Below, piece by piece: positions 35,370 through 44,800 of a stretch of DNA of 64,000 nt. The stretch's first letter is position 1. Each line of letters starts with the position of its first letter. The notes beneath the pieces are model-generated. The model had not been told where the DNA came from. It searched no databases and saw only the letters and a list, made by a program, of their open reading frames with translations. The stretch covers positions 5,836 through 69,835 of the forward strand of contig DATNMO010000022.1 in assembly GCA_035602245.1 (NCBI GenBank), read 5' to 3'. The stretch is from Gemmatimonadales bacterium. Its GTDB lineage: Bacteria > Gemmatimonadota > Gemmatimonadetes > Gemmatimonadales > GWC2-71-9. Made by a program: the position numbers and the translations under genes.

Positions 35370-38300
35370 TATCGGGTTCCGCCCTTTCGTCCGTCGTGAC
35401 GCCGCAACGCAATCGTCGCGCGGCGTCCTTCGATGTCTACGTCACGCTGCAAGTCGGGCTCATCGAGCACGGCGCCCAGCACCAGCCGCCGCGCCAGCGT
35501 CTCACCTTCGACGAACCCCTGAAACGCGCGGGTCGCGGCGACCACGTCTTCGGCGCCGGCGACGCTCAACTCGATGCGCGTCGTGTATTCGTACCCCGCC
35601 TCCTTGCGGAGACGCTGGACGCGATTCACGACTTCGCGCGCCAGTCCTTCCTGGATCAAGTCCTCCGTCAACTCCGGGTCGAGCGCGACGACGTAGGGGC
35701 CGTCGGCCTGCACGAGCCATTCGCTCGCCACTTCGCGCGCGACCGTCACATCCTCAGGCCGGAGCTCCCACTCGCCCGCCCGCACGACTTCGCCCTGCTC
35801 CAGCTGCTGCAGCTGCACCGCGCCGAGGTCCGCGACGGCGGCCGCGGCGCGGGGCGTGTCCTTCCCGTACCGCTTCCCGAGGGTCCGAAAATTGGCCTTC
35901 CCGCGGAGCCGCACCAGGTCATGATCGGATGCGACGACCTGGACGTTCTTTACGTTGACTTCGGCAGCCAAGATATCTAATAGGTCTGACAAGGCCGGGC
36001 CCTGGGCGGCCGCCGGCACGGCCAGCTGCATGCGCGCCAGCGGCTGCCGCACCCGCAGATTGTGCGTTTCCCGGGCCGCCCGCGCGAGCGAGGCGAGCCG
36101 CCGCACCGTGGTCATCGCCGCCAGCAGCTCCGGCGCCCGGTGCCCCCGGTCGACGGGGAACGGCGCCAGGTGGACCGACACGCCGGTAAGGGCGCGATGC
36201 ACCGAGTCGGAGATGAACGGACCGGCCGGGGCGAGCAGACGGACCGCCGCCACCAGCGTCTCGTGCAGCGTCTCGAGGGCCACGGGATCGGTCGCGCGGT
36301 CGGGCGCCCAGAAGCGCGGGCGGTTGCGGCGCACGTACCAGCGCGATAGATCCTCGCCCACGAAATCCATGATCGCCCGCACGCCTGCCGTGACGTCGTA
36401 GGCCGACCAGGCCTGGCGCACGCTGGTCACGACTTCGTCGAGGCGCGCGAGCAGCCAGCGGTCCGCGGAGGGGCGCTGGTCGGGCGGCGTGGCGTCGGCT
36501 TCCGCGGGCGGCTGCCAGTCCTGCGCGTAACGGCGAAAAAAATCGTAGGTCGAGCGCAGCGTGTTGAGGAACCCGCCCGCCACTTCGGGGATCTGGCGCT
36601 GGTCGAAGCGCTTGGGGAGCCAGACCTGACTCTGACTGAGGAGATAGAGCCGCACGGCATCGGCGCCGTGCGCTTCCAGCACCTCCCAGGGGTTCACGAC
36701 GTTGCCCTTGCTCTTGGACATCTTCTGGCCCTGCGCATCGAGCACGAGCTCGTTGACGATCACGTGCTTGTATACCTGCGCGTCGAGGGCCGTCGCCCCG
36801 ATCGCGAGCAGCGAGTAGAACCAGCCGCGCGTTTGATCCACACCCTCGCAGATGAAATCGGCCGGGAAATGCGCCTTGAAATCCGCCTGGTGCTCGAACG
36901 GGTAGTGCCATTGCGCGTACGGCATCGAACCCGAGTCGAACCATGCGTCGATCACTTCGGGAACGCGGCGCATCGTGCCGCCGCACTGGCGGCACGCCCA
37001 GGTGTAGCCGTCGATATGGGGCTTGTGCGGATCGAAGTCCGCGGGCAACGCCTTCCCCCAGCGCTGGGCCAACTCATCGTAGGAGCCGATCACTTCGCGG
37101 TGCTCGCGATCGGTATCGCACTCCCACACGTTCAGCGGCGTGCCCCAGTAGCGGTCGCGCGACAGGGCCCAGTCCACATTGTTCTCGAGCCACTCGCCGA
37201 AGCGGCCGGTGCCGACCTCGGGCGGGTGCCACGCGACCTCGCGGTTCACCTCGAGCATCCGGGCTTTGACCGCCGTCGTGCGCACGAACCAGGAGCTGCG
37301 GGCGTAGTAGATGAGCGCCGAGTCGCAGCGCCAGCAGAAGGGATAGCTGTGGGAGTAGGGGCGCGTCTCGACCCAACGACCCTCGTGCTTCAGCCGCTCG
37401 ATGATGAGCCGGTTCGTTTCCTTGTCGGTGACGAGCTTGCCTTCGATCTCCGGCCAGTTGGTCCCCTGAAACGTACCGTCCGGCGCGACGGGATTCACAA
37501 ACGCGAGCCCGTACTGCTGCCCGGCCGCGTAGTCGTCGGCGCCGAAGGCGGGCGCCATGTGCACCAGGCCCGTGCCCTCGTCGGCGCTGACGAATGCGCC
37601 CGCCACGACGACGGCGCGCTGCCCGTCCGGCGGCAGCGGCACCAGTTCGAGCGGCCGGAGGTATTTCTGACCGACCAGGTCGCGGCCGGGGTAACTCGCC
37701 ACGCGCTGCGCCTGGGCCAGGGGCTTGCCGTGCACGTGCACATCGGCCGCCCGCCGGGCCGCGGCGATGTAGCGCACGCCGTCCAGCTCCCACTCGCCGT
37801 ACTCGAGGTCCGGGTGCACCGCGACCGCCACGTTGGCCAGCAGCGTCCAGGGCGTGGTGGTCCAGATCACGAGCTGGCGTGCCTTGTCCCCGGCGAGCGG
37901 GAAGGTCACGTACACCGAGTTCGTTTGCACGGTCTCGTACCCTTGCGCGACCTCGTGCGACGACAGCGCCGTGCCGCAGCGCGGGCAGTACGGCAAGACC
38001 TTGTGGCCGCGGTACAGCAGCGCCTTCTCATGCAGCCGCTTGAGCAGCCACCAGACCGTCTCGATGTACGGATTGCTGTAGGTGATGTAGGGGTGCTCGT
38101 AATCCAGCCAGTAGCCGATGCGATCCGACAGCGCCTCCCAGTCGGCCTTGTATTTGAACACGCTCTCGCGGCACAGCCGGTTGAACCGTTCGACGCCGTA
38201 GGCCTCGATCCCTTTTTTGCCGTTGATACCGAGCTGTTTCTCGATCTCGATCTCGACGGGCAGGCCGTGGGTGTCCCAGCCGGCGATGCGGGTCACTCCC

Positions 38301-38533
38301 TGCCCCAACATCGTGTGATAGCGGCACACCAGGTCCTTGATCGTCCGCGAGAAGACGTGGTGGATCCCCGGCCGGCCGTTGGCGGTGGGCGGCCCCTCGT
38401 AGAAGATGAAGGGGGGACCATAGCGGGTCGCTTCGGTGACACGCGCGAACAGCCGCTCGCGCTTCCACGTCGCGAGCAGCTCCTTCTCCAGCGCGTCGAC
38501 GGGCTGGGTCGGGTCCGAGGGCGGGTACGCCAT
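35369..38533 (-). CDS. ileS: Isoleucine--tRNA ligase (long, Thermus/eukaryote-like form)
   Basis: 1054 aa from ATG 38533 (MAYPPSDPTQ). YEGPPTANGRPGIHHV (HIGH region), CP1 editing domain, KMSKSKGN. Stop/start junctions on both sides overlap by 1 nt. Confidence 0.95.
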   Translation of the reverse strand: MAYPPSDPTQPVDALEKELLATWKRERLFARVTEATRYGPPFIFYEGPPTANGRPGIHHVFSRTIKDLVCRYHTMLGQGVTRIAGWDTHGLPVEIEIEKQLGINGKKGIEAYGVERFNRLCRESVFKYKADWEALSDRIGYWLDYEHPYITYSNPYIETVWWLLKRLHEKALLYRGHKVLPYCPRCGTALSSHEVAQGYETVQTNSVYVTFPLAGDKARQLVIWTTTPWTLLANVAVAVHPDLEYGEWELDGVRYIAAARRAADVHVHGKPLAQAQRVASYPGRDLVGQKYLRPLELVPLPPDGQRAVVVAGAFVSADEGTGLVHMAPAFGADDYAAGQQYGLAFVNPVAPDGTFQGTNWPEIEGKLVTDKETNRLIIERLKHEGRWVETRPYSHSYPFCWRCDSALIYYARSSWFVRTTAVKARMLEVNREVAWHPPEVGTGRFGEWLENNVDWALSRDRYWGTPLNVWECDTDREHREVIGSYDELAQRWGKALPADFDPHKPHIDGYTWACRQCGGTMRRVPEVIDAWFDSGSMPYAQWHYPFEHQADFKAHFPADFICEGVDQTRGWFYSLLAIGATALDAQVYKHVIVNELVLDAQGQKMSKSKGNVVNPWEVLEAHGADAVRLYLLSQSQVWLPKRFDQRQIPEVAGGFLNTLRSTYDFFRRYAQDWQPPAEADATPPDQRPSADRWLLARLDEVVTSVRQAWSAYDVTAGVRAIMDFVGEDLSRWYVRRNRPRFWAPDRATDPVALETLHETLVAAVRLLAPAGPFISDSVHRALTGVSVHLAPFPVDRGHRAPELLAAMTTVRRLASLARAARETHNLRVRQPLARMQLAVPAAAQGPALSDLLDILAAEVNVKNVQVVASDHDLVRLRGKANFRTLGKRYGKDTPRAAAAVADLGAVQLQQLEQGEVVRAGEWELRPEDVTVAREVASEWLVQADGPYVVALDPELTEDLIQEGLAREVVNRVQRLRKEAGYEYTTRIELSVAGAEDVVAATRAFQGFVEGETLARRLVLGAVLDEPDLQRDVDIEGRRATIALRRHDGRKGGTR

Positions 38534-39351
38534 CAGTTGAGGCGCTCCAGTACGCCGCGCACCACGGCGGCAAGCTGGGGCTCGGTGGCGCGCGCGATGG
38601 CGATGATCTTTTCGATCGACGTCGGCTCGAGCGCGTCGGGCAGGCAATTGTCCGTGATGATGGACAGCCCCAGCACGCGCATGCCCTGCTGCACCGCAAC
38701 GATCACTTCGGGCACAGTGCTCATCCCCACGACGTCCGCGCCCAGCGCCCGCAGCATGCGGTACTCGGCGCGCGTCTCGAGATTCGGACCGGCGACCGCG
38801 ACGTACACGCCCTCGCGCATCAGGATGCGGCGATCGAGCGCGACCGCGCGCGCCAGCGCGCGCAGCTCGGGGTCGTACGCCGCCGACATGTCGGGGAATC
38901 GCGGACCGTCGGCGTCCACATTGGGTCCGACCAGCGGATTGTCACCCAACAGATTGATGTGGTCGGAGATCAGCACCAGGTCACCGGTCGCCCACAGCGG
39001 GTGCATCCCACCAGAGATGTTCGACACGACCAGCGTGGTCGCGCCCAGCGCCTTGAGGACGCGCACGGGAAACGCAACCTGCTGCAGCGTGTAGCCCTCG
39101 TAGCGGTGGAAGCGCCCTTGCATCATCGCGACGCGCCGGCCCGCGAGCGTGCCGACGAGCAATCGCCCCGCGTGCGTCTCGACGGTGGACAGCGGGAAGC
39201 CGGGGATGTCGGCGTACGGGATCGTCGCGTCGGGCTTGAGCTCGTCGGCCAACGCCCCGAGCCCAGTGCCGAGAATCACCGCCACGTCTGGAACGAGTGC
39301 GGTCCGCGCCCGCACGGCGCGGACCGCCTCGGCGACGGCCTTCCCCGTCAC
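38533..39351 (-). CDS. Purine nucleoside phosphorylase (trimeric PNP/PunA type)
   Basis: 272 aa: AVILGTGLG, HAGRLLVGTLAGRRVAMMQGRFHRYEGY, VVSNISGGM, VGMSTVPEV. The GTG start overlaps the divIVA stop (GTGA). Confidence 0.9.
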   Translation of the reverse strand: MTGKAVAEAVRAVRARTALVPDVAVILGTGLGALADELKPDATIPYADIPGFPLSTVETHAGRLLVGTLAGRRVAMMQGRFHRYEGYTLQQVAFPVRVLKALGATTLVVSNISGGMHPLWATGDLVLISDHINLLGDNPLVGPNVDADGPRFPDMSAAYDPELRALARAVALDRRILMREGVYVAVAGPNLETRAEYRMLRALGADVVGMSTVPEVIVAVQQGMRVLGLSIITDNCLPDALEPTSIEKIIAIARATEPQLAAVVRGVLERLN

Positions 39352-39818
39352 CCGCGTTGTCCGTCGAGCGCGCGCAGCTCGGCGAGCTGTCGCTCGAGCA
39401 GGGCCCGGAATCCGCCGACATACTGCTGGTATTGGCGTTCCGTTTCGGCCATGCGTGCCTGCACGGCACTCTCGGCGCCGCGCGCTTCGTCCAGCAGGCG
39501 CTTCGCTTCCGCTTCGGCCTCGCGCACGATGACTTGCCCCTCGCGCTCGGCGGCGGCCCGGGTCTCCTGCCGCAGCTGCTGGGCCGCGACTAACGCCTCG
39601 TTCATCGCTCTTTCGCGCTCGCGGAACACGCGCAGCTGTTCGGTCAGCGCCGCCAGGCGCTCCTCGAGCACCGACCGATCGCGGATCGCGCGCTCGAGCG
39701 CATCGGCGACCCGCATGCGGAAGTCCTCGACACTGTTCGTGTCGTAGCCGCGCATGGTCTTGCGGAACTCCTGCTTGCGGATGTCGAGCGGCGTGAGCGT
39801 GAAGGCGTCGTCGCTCAC
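39348..39818 (-). CDS. divIVA: DivIVA-domain protein
   Basis: 156 aa from GTG 39818: FTLTPLDIRKQEFRKTMRGYDTNSVEDF is the DivIVA N-terminal lipid-binding motif. A long coiled-coil follows. GTGA overlap with the yggS stop. Confidence 0.8.
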   Translation of the reverse strand: MSDDAFTLTPLDIRKQEFRKTMRGYDTNSVEDFRMRVADALERAIRDRSVLEERLAALTEQLRVFRERERAMNEALVAAQQLRQETRAAAEREGQVIVREAEAEAKRLLDEARGAESAVQARMAETERQYQQYVGGFRALLERQLAELRALDGQRG

Positions 39819-40480
39819 GTCGTCCTCGGTCCGAACAGGACGGTACCCAAGCGGATCACCGTTGCTCCCTCCGCGACTGCCGTAGCGTAGTCGGCGGACA
39901 TCCCCATCGAGAGGATCGGCAGCCATAGGTCTTCCTCCTTCTTGATCGTATCCCGCAGGACGCGCAGACCCCGGAAGGTCCGGCGCTGCACGTCCACGTC
40001 GTCGGTCAACGGAGCCAACGTCATCAGTCCCTCGAGGCGCAGGCCCCCGAGGGCGGCGATCTGCCGTGCCAGGGCCGGCGCCTGCTCGGGCAGGCAGCCG
40101 CTCTTCTGCGGCTCACGTGCCACGTTCACCTGCAACAACACCCGCAGAGCCTCGGCGCGTTGGTTCAATGCGTCAGCCAGCTCAAACGAGTCCAGCGAAT
40201 GCACCAACTCGAATCGACCGGGCACGAGCTTCGCCTTGTTGCGCTGCAGGTGGCCGATCAGGTGCCAGCGGATATCAGTCCGTGGCAATGCGTCCTGCTT
40301 CTGCACCGCTTCCTGGACGCGGTTCTCGCCGATGTCGGCGATTCCCGCCGCGAGCGCCGCTTGGATCGCATCTGTGCCGAAGCCCTTGGTGACGGCGACG
40401 ATCGTGACCGGCTGCGCGGCCAGGCGCGCGATTTCGGCCCTCACCTGGGCCAAGCGCTCCGGGAGGGCCTCGAAACTCAT
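39815..40480 (-). CDS. yggS: YggS/YlmE-family pyridoxal-phosphate homeostasis protein
   Basis: 221 aa: TIVAVTKGF (PLP Lys), IGENRVQEA, HLIGHLQRNK, LSMGMSADY. Confidence 0.9.
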   Translation of the reverse strand: MSFEALPERLAQVRAEIARLAAQPVTIVAVTKGFGTDAIQAALAAGIADIGENRVQEAVQKQDALPRTDIRWHLIGHLQRNKAKLVPGRFELVHSLDSFELADALNQRAEALRVLLQVNVAREPQKSGCLPEQAPALARQIAALGGLRLEGLMTLAPLTDDVDVQRRTFRGLRVLRDTIKKEEDLWLPILSMGMSADYATAVAEGATVIRLGTVLFGPRTT

Positions 40481-40508
40481 AGCCGATCAATATACTGGGG
40501 GTTCAGCG

Positions 40509-42806
40509 CTACGGGCGGAACAGGCTCTGCACCCCCTCAGTTTCGATGCGGCGGACGATGTCGGCCAGCGGGCGGCTGGGATTCAGATGGTACGCCCGGC
40601 GCAGGTAGGCGAGCGCCAGGGGCTGATCGCCCCGGAGCGCGGCGGCGTTGCCAAGCTCGAGATAGGGAACCGAGAAGGAGGTGGCGACCTGCTGCGCGGC
40701 GGGCTCCAAGTCGAGACTGTCGACCGCGAACAGTTTGCCGTAATGAAACACGGAATCCGTGAGCAGCGCGGTCCGCGCGGAATCGACCATCGTGCCCTGA
40801 ATGCCGTGGACAAAACGCTTCACGGTGTCGGCCCGGGGGACCACTTTGAACGCGAGTCCCTGCAGCGTGAGATGCGGGTCGAGGCCGAGCCACGAGCCGC
40901 GACCCGAGGACACGCCGAATGTGACGGGACGTCCGGGCGGGGGCAGGTACGACGCCATCGTGTAGAGGATCACCTGATCCGCGACGCGGAACACCTGCCC
41001 CTTGCGAATCGGCAGCTCGAAGGCGCCGGCACGGAAGGCGCCGTCCTCGCTGATGCGCAGCGGCACCATAGAGGCGATGTCCTCCGGTGTGAGCCGCAAC
41101 GCGGGGCCGGGCGGGGGGCGCGGTGGGGCGAGCGCGCGATAGATCCGCGGGGCGCCACCGGGATCGAACGGCCGTGTCGGCCGTGACGCGAGCTGTCGCA
41201 GGTACCAATCGAGATTGGCGAGCGACAGGTTGATGAGCGTGACGTCCTGGCGGACGCCCTCGACCTCCTGCAGGTACCAGACCGGGAACGTGTCGTTGTC
41301 CCCGAAGGTGAAGATCACGCCGTACGGCTCGACCGACTGCAGCAGGTTGTAGGCGAAGTCGCGGGCGATCGTGGCATCGGGCCCGTAGCGGCGCGAGGCG
41401 GCCCGGAAGTTCGCGGCGAACGGGAGCAGCACGATCGCGGCGGCGACGCCAAGCGCCCACCGCGGCAGCGGACCGGCGCGCGCCACCCGGCGCAGTGCCG
41501 GGACGAGCCCGATCCCCGCCAGCACACTCCACACCTGGAAGCTCACGACGAAGAAGTAGTCGCGCTCGCGCACCTCGTGCTGATCGATGCCGGGGTAGCG
41601 GTCCCAGAACAGCGAGAACCCCGGCTTGAAGTTCATGTAGATGACGAGCCCGAGCCCGGTCACGAGCCAGAGCGTGCCCAGCAGGTATGCGATGCCGCGA
41701 TCGCGGCGCTGCGCGGAATCGAATCCCAGCAGGCCGAGCACTGTGAACAGGAGCGTGGTCAGCACCATGCCCACCAGGGGCAATGCCCTGCCCCATTGCC
41801 ACGACCAGTACTGGAAGTAGTTGGTGAGCTGCTGGACGAGCAGCGCCAGCGTGCGGCCGGGATTGCCGGACCCCGGTGGGAACAGCGGATTGTCGAGCGG
41901 ACCGCGCGCGCCATACTGCTCGCGGCGGATCACGGCGAGGAGATTCTGCCACGTTTCGGGGTCGGCCTCGTCGAGCAGCGGCTGCAGGCCCGAGCGGATG
42001 TAGAGGAACGCGTAGGTCGAGACGCCGACGGCAGCCACGCCGACGGCCACCAGCGGAAAGGCCACCGAGCCCGCGAGCACGCACGCCACGAGCGCGCCCC
42101 CGAACAGGACCCCGGCGACGTACAGGAGCGGCGTGCTGCCGAGCCCGACGGCGATGAGCACGATCCACAGCGCGCTCAGCGCCGCCCATTCGGCCCGCTC
42201 GACGCGCCGCACGGCGGGCTCGGCGGCGGGGGCCGTGCGCAGCGTGTAATGAATGAACACCGACACCGCCGGTCCGACGAGCAGGGCCAGCAGGTGGTTC
42301 CCAATGGAAAGCGCGGCGACGTACACGATGAGCAGCAGGATGTGCGACGCGCGAGTCTCCCCCCCCTCCCCCCCAGGGCCGCGGAGATCGCGCCAGCGCA
42401 GACACAGCCACGTGATGGCGGCGATGCTGAACATCGCCACCGTGTAGACCTCGGTCTCGTTGCTGTTCTGCCACACGCTGAACGTGAACGCCGACAGGAT
42501 GGCGGCCGCGGCGGCGCCGCCGCTGCGCAGCACGCGCTCCTCGCCCGCGAGCAAGCGGTGCGTGACGAGGAACAGACATCCCGCCCCGGCCGCCGAGAAG
42601 CAGGCGCTCATCAGGTTCAACCGCCACGCGTATGCGCCGAGCGGCACGACGCCGCCCCACACGTGGCCGACGAGCACGAACAGCGGCGTGCCCGGCGGAT
42701 GGGGAATGCCGAGCACCTTGGCGGCGGTAATGAATTCGCCCGCGTCCCACAGCGTGACGGTGGGGGCGAGCGTGATCACATACCCGATGAGCACCAGGAA
42801 GACCAC
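40509..42806 (-). CDS. DUF2723-family polytopic membrane protein (GT-C-like, TMEM260-type) with C-terminal TPR
   Basis: 765 aa. N-terminus TLAPTVTLWDAGEFITAAKVLGIPHPPGTPLF is the DUF2723 signature as I recall it. About 11 TM helices, then a soluble domain ending in a TPR-like ALAYLRRAYHLNP. The first canonical start (GTG 42806) leaves only 11 residues before the motif, so the N-terminus may be mis-set. Confidence 0.8.
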   Translation of the reverse strand: MVFLVLIGYVITLAPTVTLWDAGEFITAAKVLGIPHPPGTPLFVLVGHVWGGVVPLGAYAWRLNLMSACFSAAGAGCLFLVTHRLLAGEERVLRSGGAAAAAILSAFTFSVWQNSNETEVYTVAMFSIAAITWLCLRWRDLRGPGGEGGETRASHILLLIVYVAALSIGNHLLALLVGPAVSVFIHYTLRTAPAAEPAVRRVERAEWAALSALWIVLIAVGLGSTPLLYVAGVLFGGALVACVLAGSVAFPLVAVGVAAVGVSTYAFLYIRSGLQPLLDEADPETWQNLLAVIRREQYGARGPLDNPLFPPGSGNPGRTLALLVQQLTNYFQYWSWQWGRALPLVGMVLTTLLFTVLGLLGFDSAQRRDRGIAYLLGTLWLVTGLGLVIYMNFKPGFSLFWDRYPGIDQHEVRERDYFFVVSFQVWSVLAGIGLVPALRRVARAGPLPRWALGVAAAIVLLPFAANFRAASRRYGPDATIARDFAYNLLQSVEPYGVIFTFGDNDTFPVWYLQEVEGVRQDVTLINLSLANLDWYLRQLASRPTRPFDPGGAPRIYRALAPPRPPPGPALRLTPEDIASMVPLRISEDGAFRAGAFELPIRKGQVFRVADQVILYTMASYLPPPGRPVTFGVSSGRGSWLGLDPHLTLQGLAFKVVPRADTVKRFVHGIQGTMVDSARTALLTDSVFHYGKLFAVDSLDLEPAAQQVATSFSVPYLELGNAAALRGDQPLALAYLRRAYHLNPSRPLADIVRRIETEGVQSLFRP

Positions 42807-42834
42807 GGCGGCGGCCTCCCGGTACGCCGGGCGA

Positions 42835-43635
42835 TCAGGTAGCAGGCTGGGTCACGCGCTCGCCGCCTTCGAGATGAGAGACGGCACCCGAGAGCAGGTC
42901 GCGCACCTGTTGCGGTGTGAGATGGCGGTACAGTAGGCCGTGGCTCGCGACGGAGATCGTCGAGGTTTCCTCCGACACGACCAGGACCGTCGCATCGGTT
43001 TCTTCGGACAGGCCGAGCGCGGCGCGGTGGCGCGTCCCGAGCGACTTGTCGGACACCTTGAACTGCGTGAGCGGCAGCACGCACCCCGCGCCGATCATCT
43101 GATCGCCGCGGATGAGCACCGCGCCGTCGTGCAGCGGCGAGTAGGGCGTGAACACGGTCGTCAGCAGGTCGGCCGAGACCTTGGCTTCCATGGGCACGCC
43201 GGTCGTGATGAACTCCTCGAGACCGATATCCCCCTCGACCGCGATGATCGCGCCCGTGCCGGCGCGCGACAGTCGATCCAGCGCTTCGGCGATCTCCTCG
43301 GCCACGGATTGTCGGTCGCCGCGCGAGAAGGCCCGCATGAACCGCGACTGGCCCAGCCGCGCCAGCGCGTTGCGCAGCTCCGGCTGGAATACCACCACCG
43401 CCGCGAACGCCCCGTACGTGAACACGACGCCCAGCAGCGAGCTGATCATCGTGAACTTGGCGAACACCGCGACGAAGTACGTGAGCGACAGGATCACGAG
43501 ACCGATGACGATCTGCAGCGCGCGCGTCCCCACGAGAAACAGCAGAAAGCGGTAGATCACGAACGAGACCAGCAGGATCTCGAACAGATCCGGCCAGAGC
43601 CGCGGCGCGAGGAATTTGAAGGCGTCGACGTTCAC
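42835..43635 (-). CDS. cdaA: Diadenylate cyclase CdaA (membrane-anchored, DisA_N/DAC domain)
   Basis: 266 aa from GTG 43635. 3 N-terminal TM helices. DAC motifs PLHDGAVLIRG and GTRHRAALGLSEETDA. GTGA overlap with the folP stop. Confidence 0.85.
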   Translation of the reverse strand: MNVDAFKFLAPRLWPDLFEILLVSFVIYRFLLFLVGTRALQIVIGLVILSLTYFVAVFAKFTMISSLLGVVFTYGAFAAVVVFQPELRNALARLGQSRFMRAFSRGDRQSVAEEIAEALDRLSRAGTGAIIAVEGDIGLEEFITTGVPMEAKVSADLLTTVFTPYSPLHDGAVLIRGDQMIGAGCVLPLTQFKVSDKSLGTRHRAALGLSEETDATVLVVSEETSTISVASHGLLYRHLTPQQVRDLLSGAVSHLEGGERVTQPAT

Positions 43636-44798
43636 GTTGGGTTCGTCGTAGCGCTCGCCAGGGTGAGGGCCTCGCGCGTCAGAGCGACGTCGTGGACCCG
43701 AAACAGCCGCGCGCCCCGCTCCCACGCGAGCGCGCAGGCGACGGCGGTGGCGCGGTCGCGGTCCTCCACCGGCTGTCCGGTCGCGGCCCCGAGGAACCGC
43801 TTGCGCGACAGGCCCACCGCTACAGGATAGCCAAGGGCGACGATCGTTGCCAGTTCGTCGAGCAGGCGGAAGTTGTGCGCCGCCGTCTTGGCGAACCCGA
43901 ACCCGGGGTCGAGGACGATCCGTTCCCTGGCAATCCCGCCCTGCTCCGCCCGCTCGGCGACCGCCCCGAGCTCCGCCGCCACCTCGACCGCCACGTGCCG
44001 GTAGTCGGCCAGGCTGTCCATCGTCGCCGGGGTGCCGCGCGTGTGCATCAGCACGGCGCCGGCTTGGGCCTCCGCCACGATCCCCACCTGGGCGGGATCG
44101 AAACTGAATCCGGACACGTCGTTGACGACGGCGGCCCCCGCGTCCAGCGCCGCGCGCGCCACCGCGGCCTTGCGCGTGTCAATCGAGACGGGCCCGATGC
44201 CGCGCCGCGCGAGCGCGGCCACCACCGGCACCACGCGCGCGATCTCCTCCTCGACGGACACGGGTGGGGCGCCCGGACGAGTGGATTCACCACCGACGTC
44301 GAGCAGCCGAGAGCCGTCAGCCATCAGCTGCTCAGCGTGCGCAAGGGCGGCGTCGACCGTGGGCAGATGGCCCCCGTCGGAGAACGAATCGGGCGTGACG
44401 TTGATGATGCCGATGATGACCGGCTGCGCGAGCGACAATTCCGCGTCGCGGATCGTCCAGCTCCTCGGTGGCTCCGCGCGGGCGGCGAGCACGCGGCCGA
44501 GTGCGGGGGCGAGGCGCGCGAGCGCGGGCGGCGCGCGGTCGTAGCGCGCCAGCGGCGCGAGCCGGCTCGCCGCGCCGGCGACGAGCGCCCAGCCGTCGCC
44601 GGTGAGCACGTCGGCGCCGGACTTGGCGGCCCAGTGCACGAGCGCTTCGCGCTCGTCTTCCGTGATCGCTTCGATGAGGACGACCAGCGGCTGGACGCCG
44701 ATGGCGGCGAACCAGGCGGGCTGGGCCTCCCAGCCACGAGCCGCGAGCGCCGCGCCCACCGCCTCGGGGGTGTGCGCGGCGAGCGCGGTGACCTTCAT
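43632..44798 (-). CDS. folP: Dihydropteroate synthase with ~115-aa N-terminal extension
   Basis: 388 aa from ATG 44798. The pterin-binding domain starts at IIGIINVTPDSFSDGG, followed by DVGGESTRPG and NDVSG. It is preceded by an unassigned domain (MKVTALAAHTPEAVGAALAARGWEAQ...). Confidence 0.88.
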   Translation of the reverse strand: MKVTALAAHTPEAVGAALAARGWEAQPAWFAAIGVQPLVVLIEAITEDEREALVHWAAKSGADVLTGDGWALVAGAASRLAPLARYDRAPPALARLAPALGRVLAARAEPPRSWTIRDAELSLAQPVIIGIINVTPDSFSDGGHLPTVDAALAHAEQLMADGSRLLDVGGESTRPGAPPVSVEEEIARVVPVVAALARRGIGPVSIDTRKAAVARAALDAGAAVVNDVSGFSFDPAQVGIVAEAQAGAVLMHTRGTPATMDSLADYRHVAVEVAAELGAVAERAEQGGIARERIVLDPGFGFAKTAAHNFRLLDELATIVALGYPVAVGLSRKRFLGAATGQPVEDRDRATAVACALAWERGARLFRVHDVALTREALTLASATTNPT

Positions 44799-44800
44799 GA

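Noticed and set aside
40537-42750. Alternative same-strand frames such as 40537-42750 (737 aa), 31317-32477 (386 aa), 35919-36995 (358 aa), 15319-16071 (250 aa) and 56275-57315 (346 aa)
   Set aside because: They are out-of-frame shadows of recognisable genes (DUF2723, cheA, ileS, HExxH peptidase, GT4), with extreme Arg/Pro/Gly composition. There is no evidence for overlapping coding.
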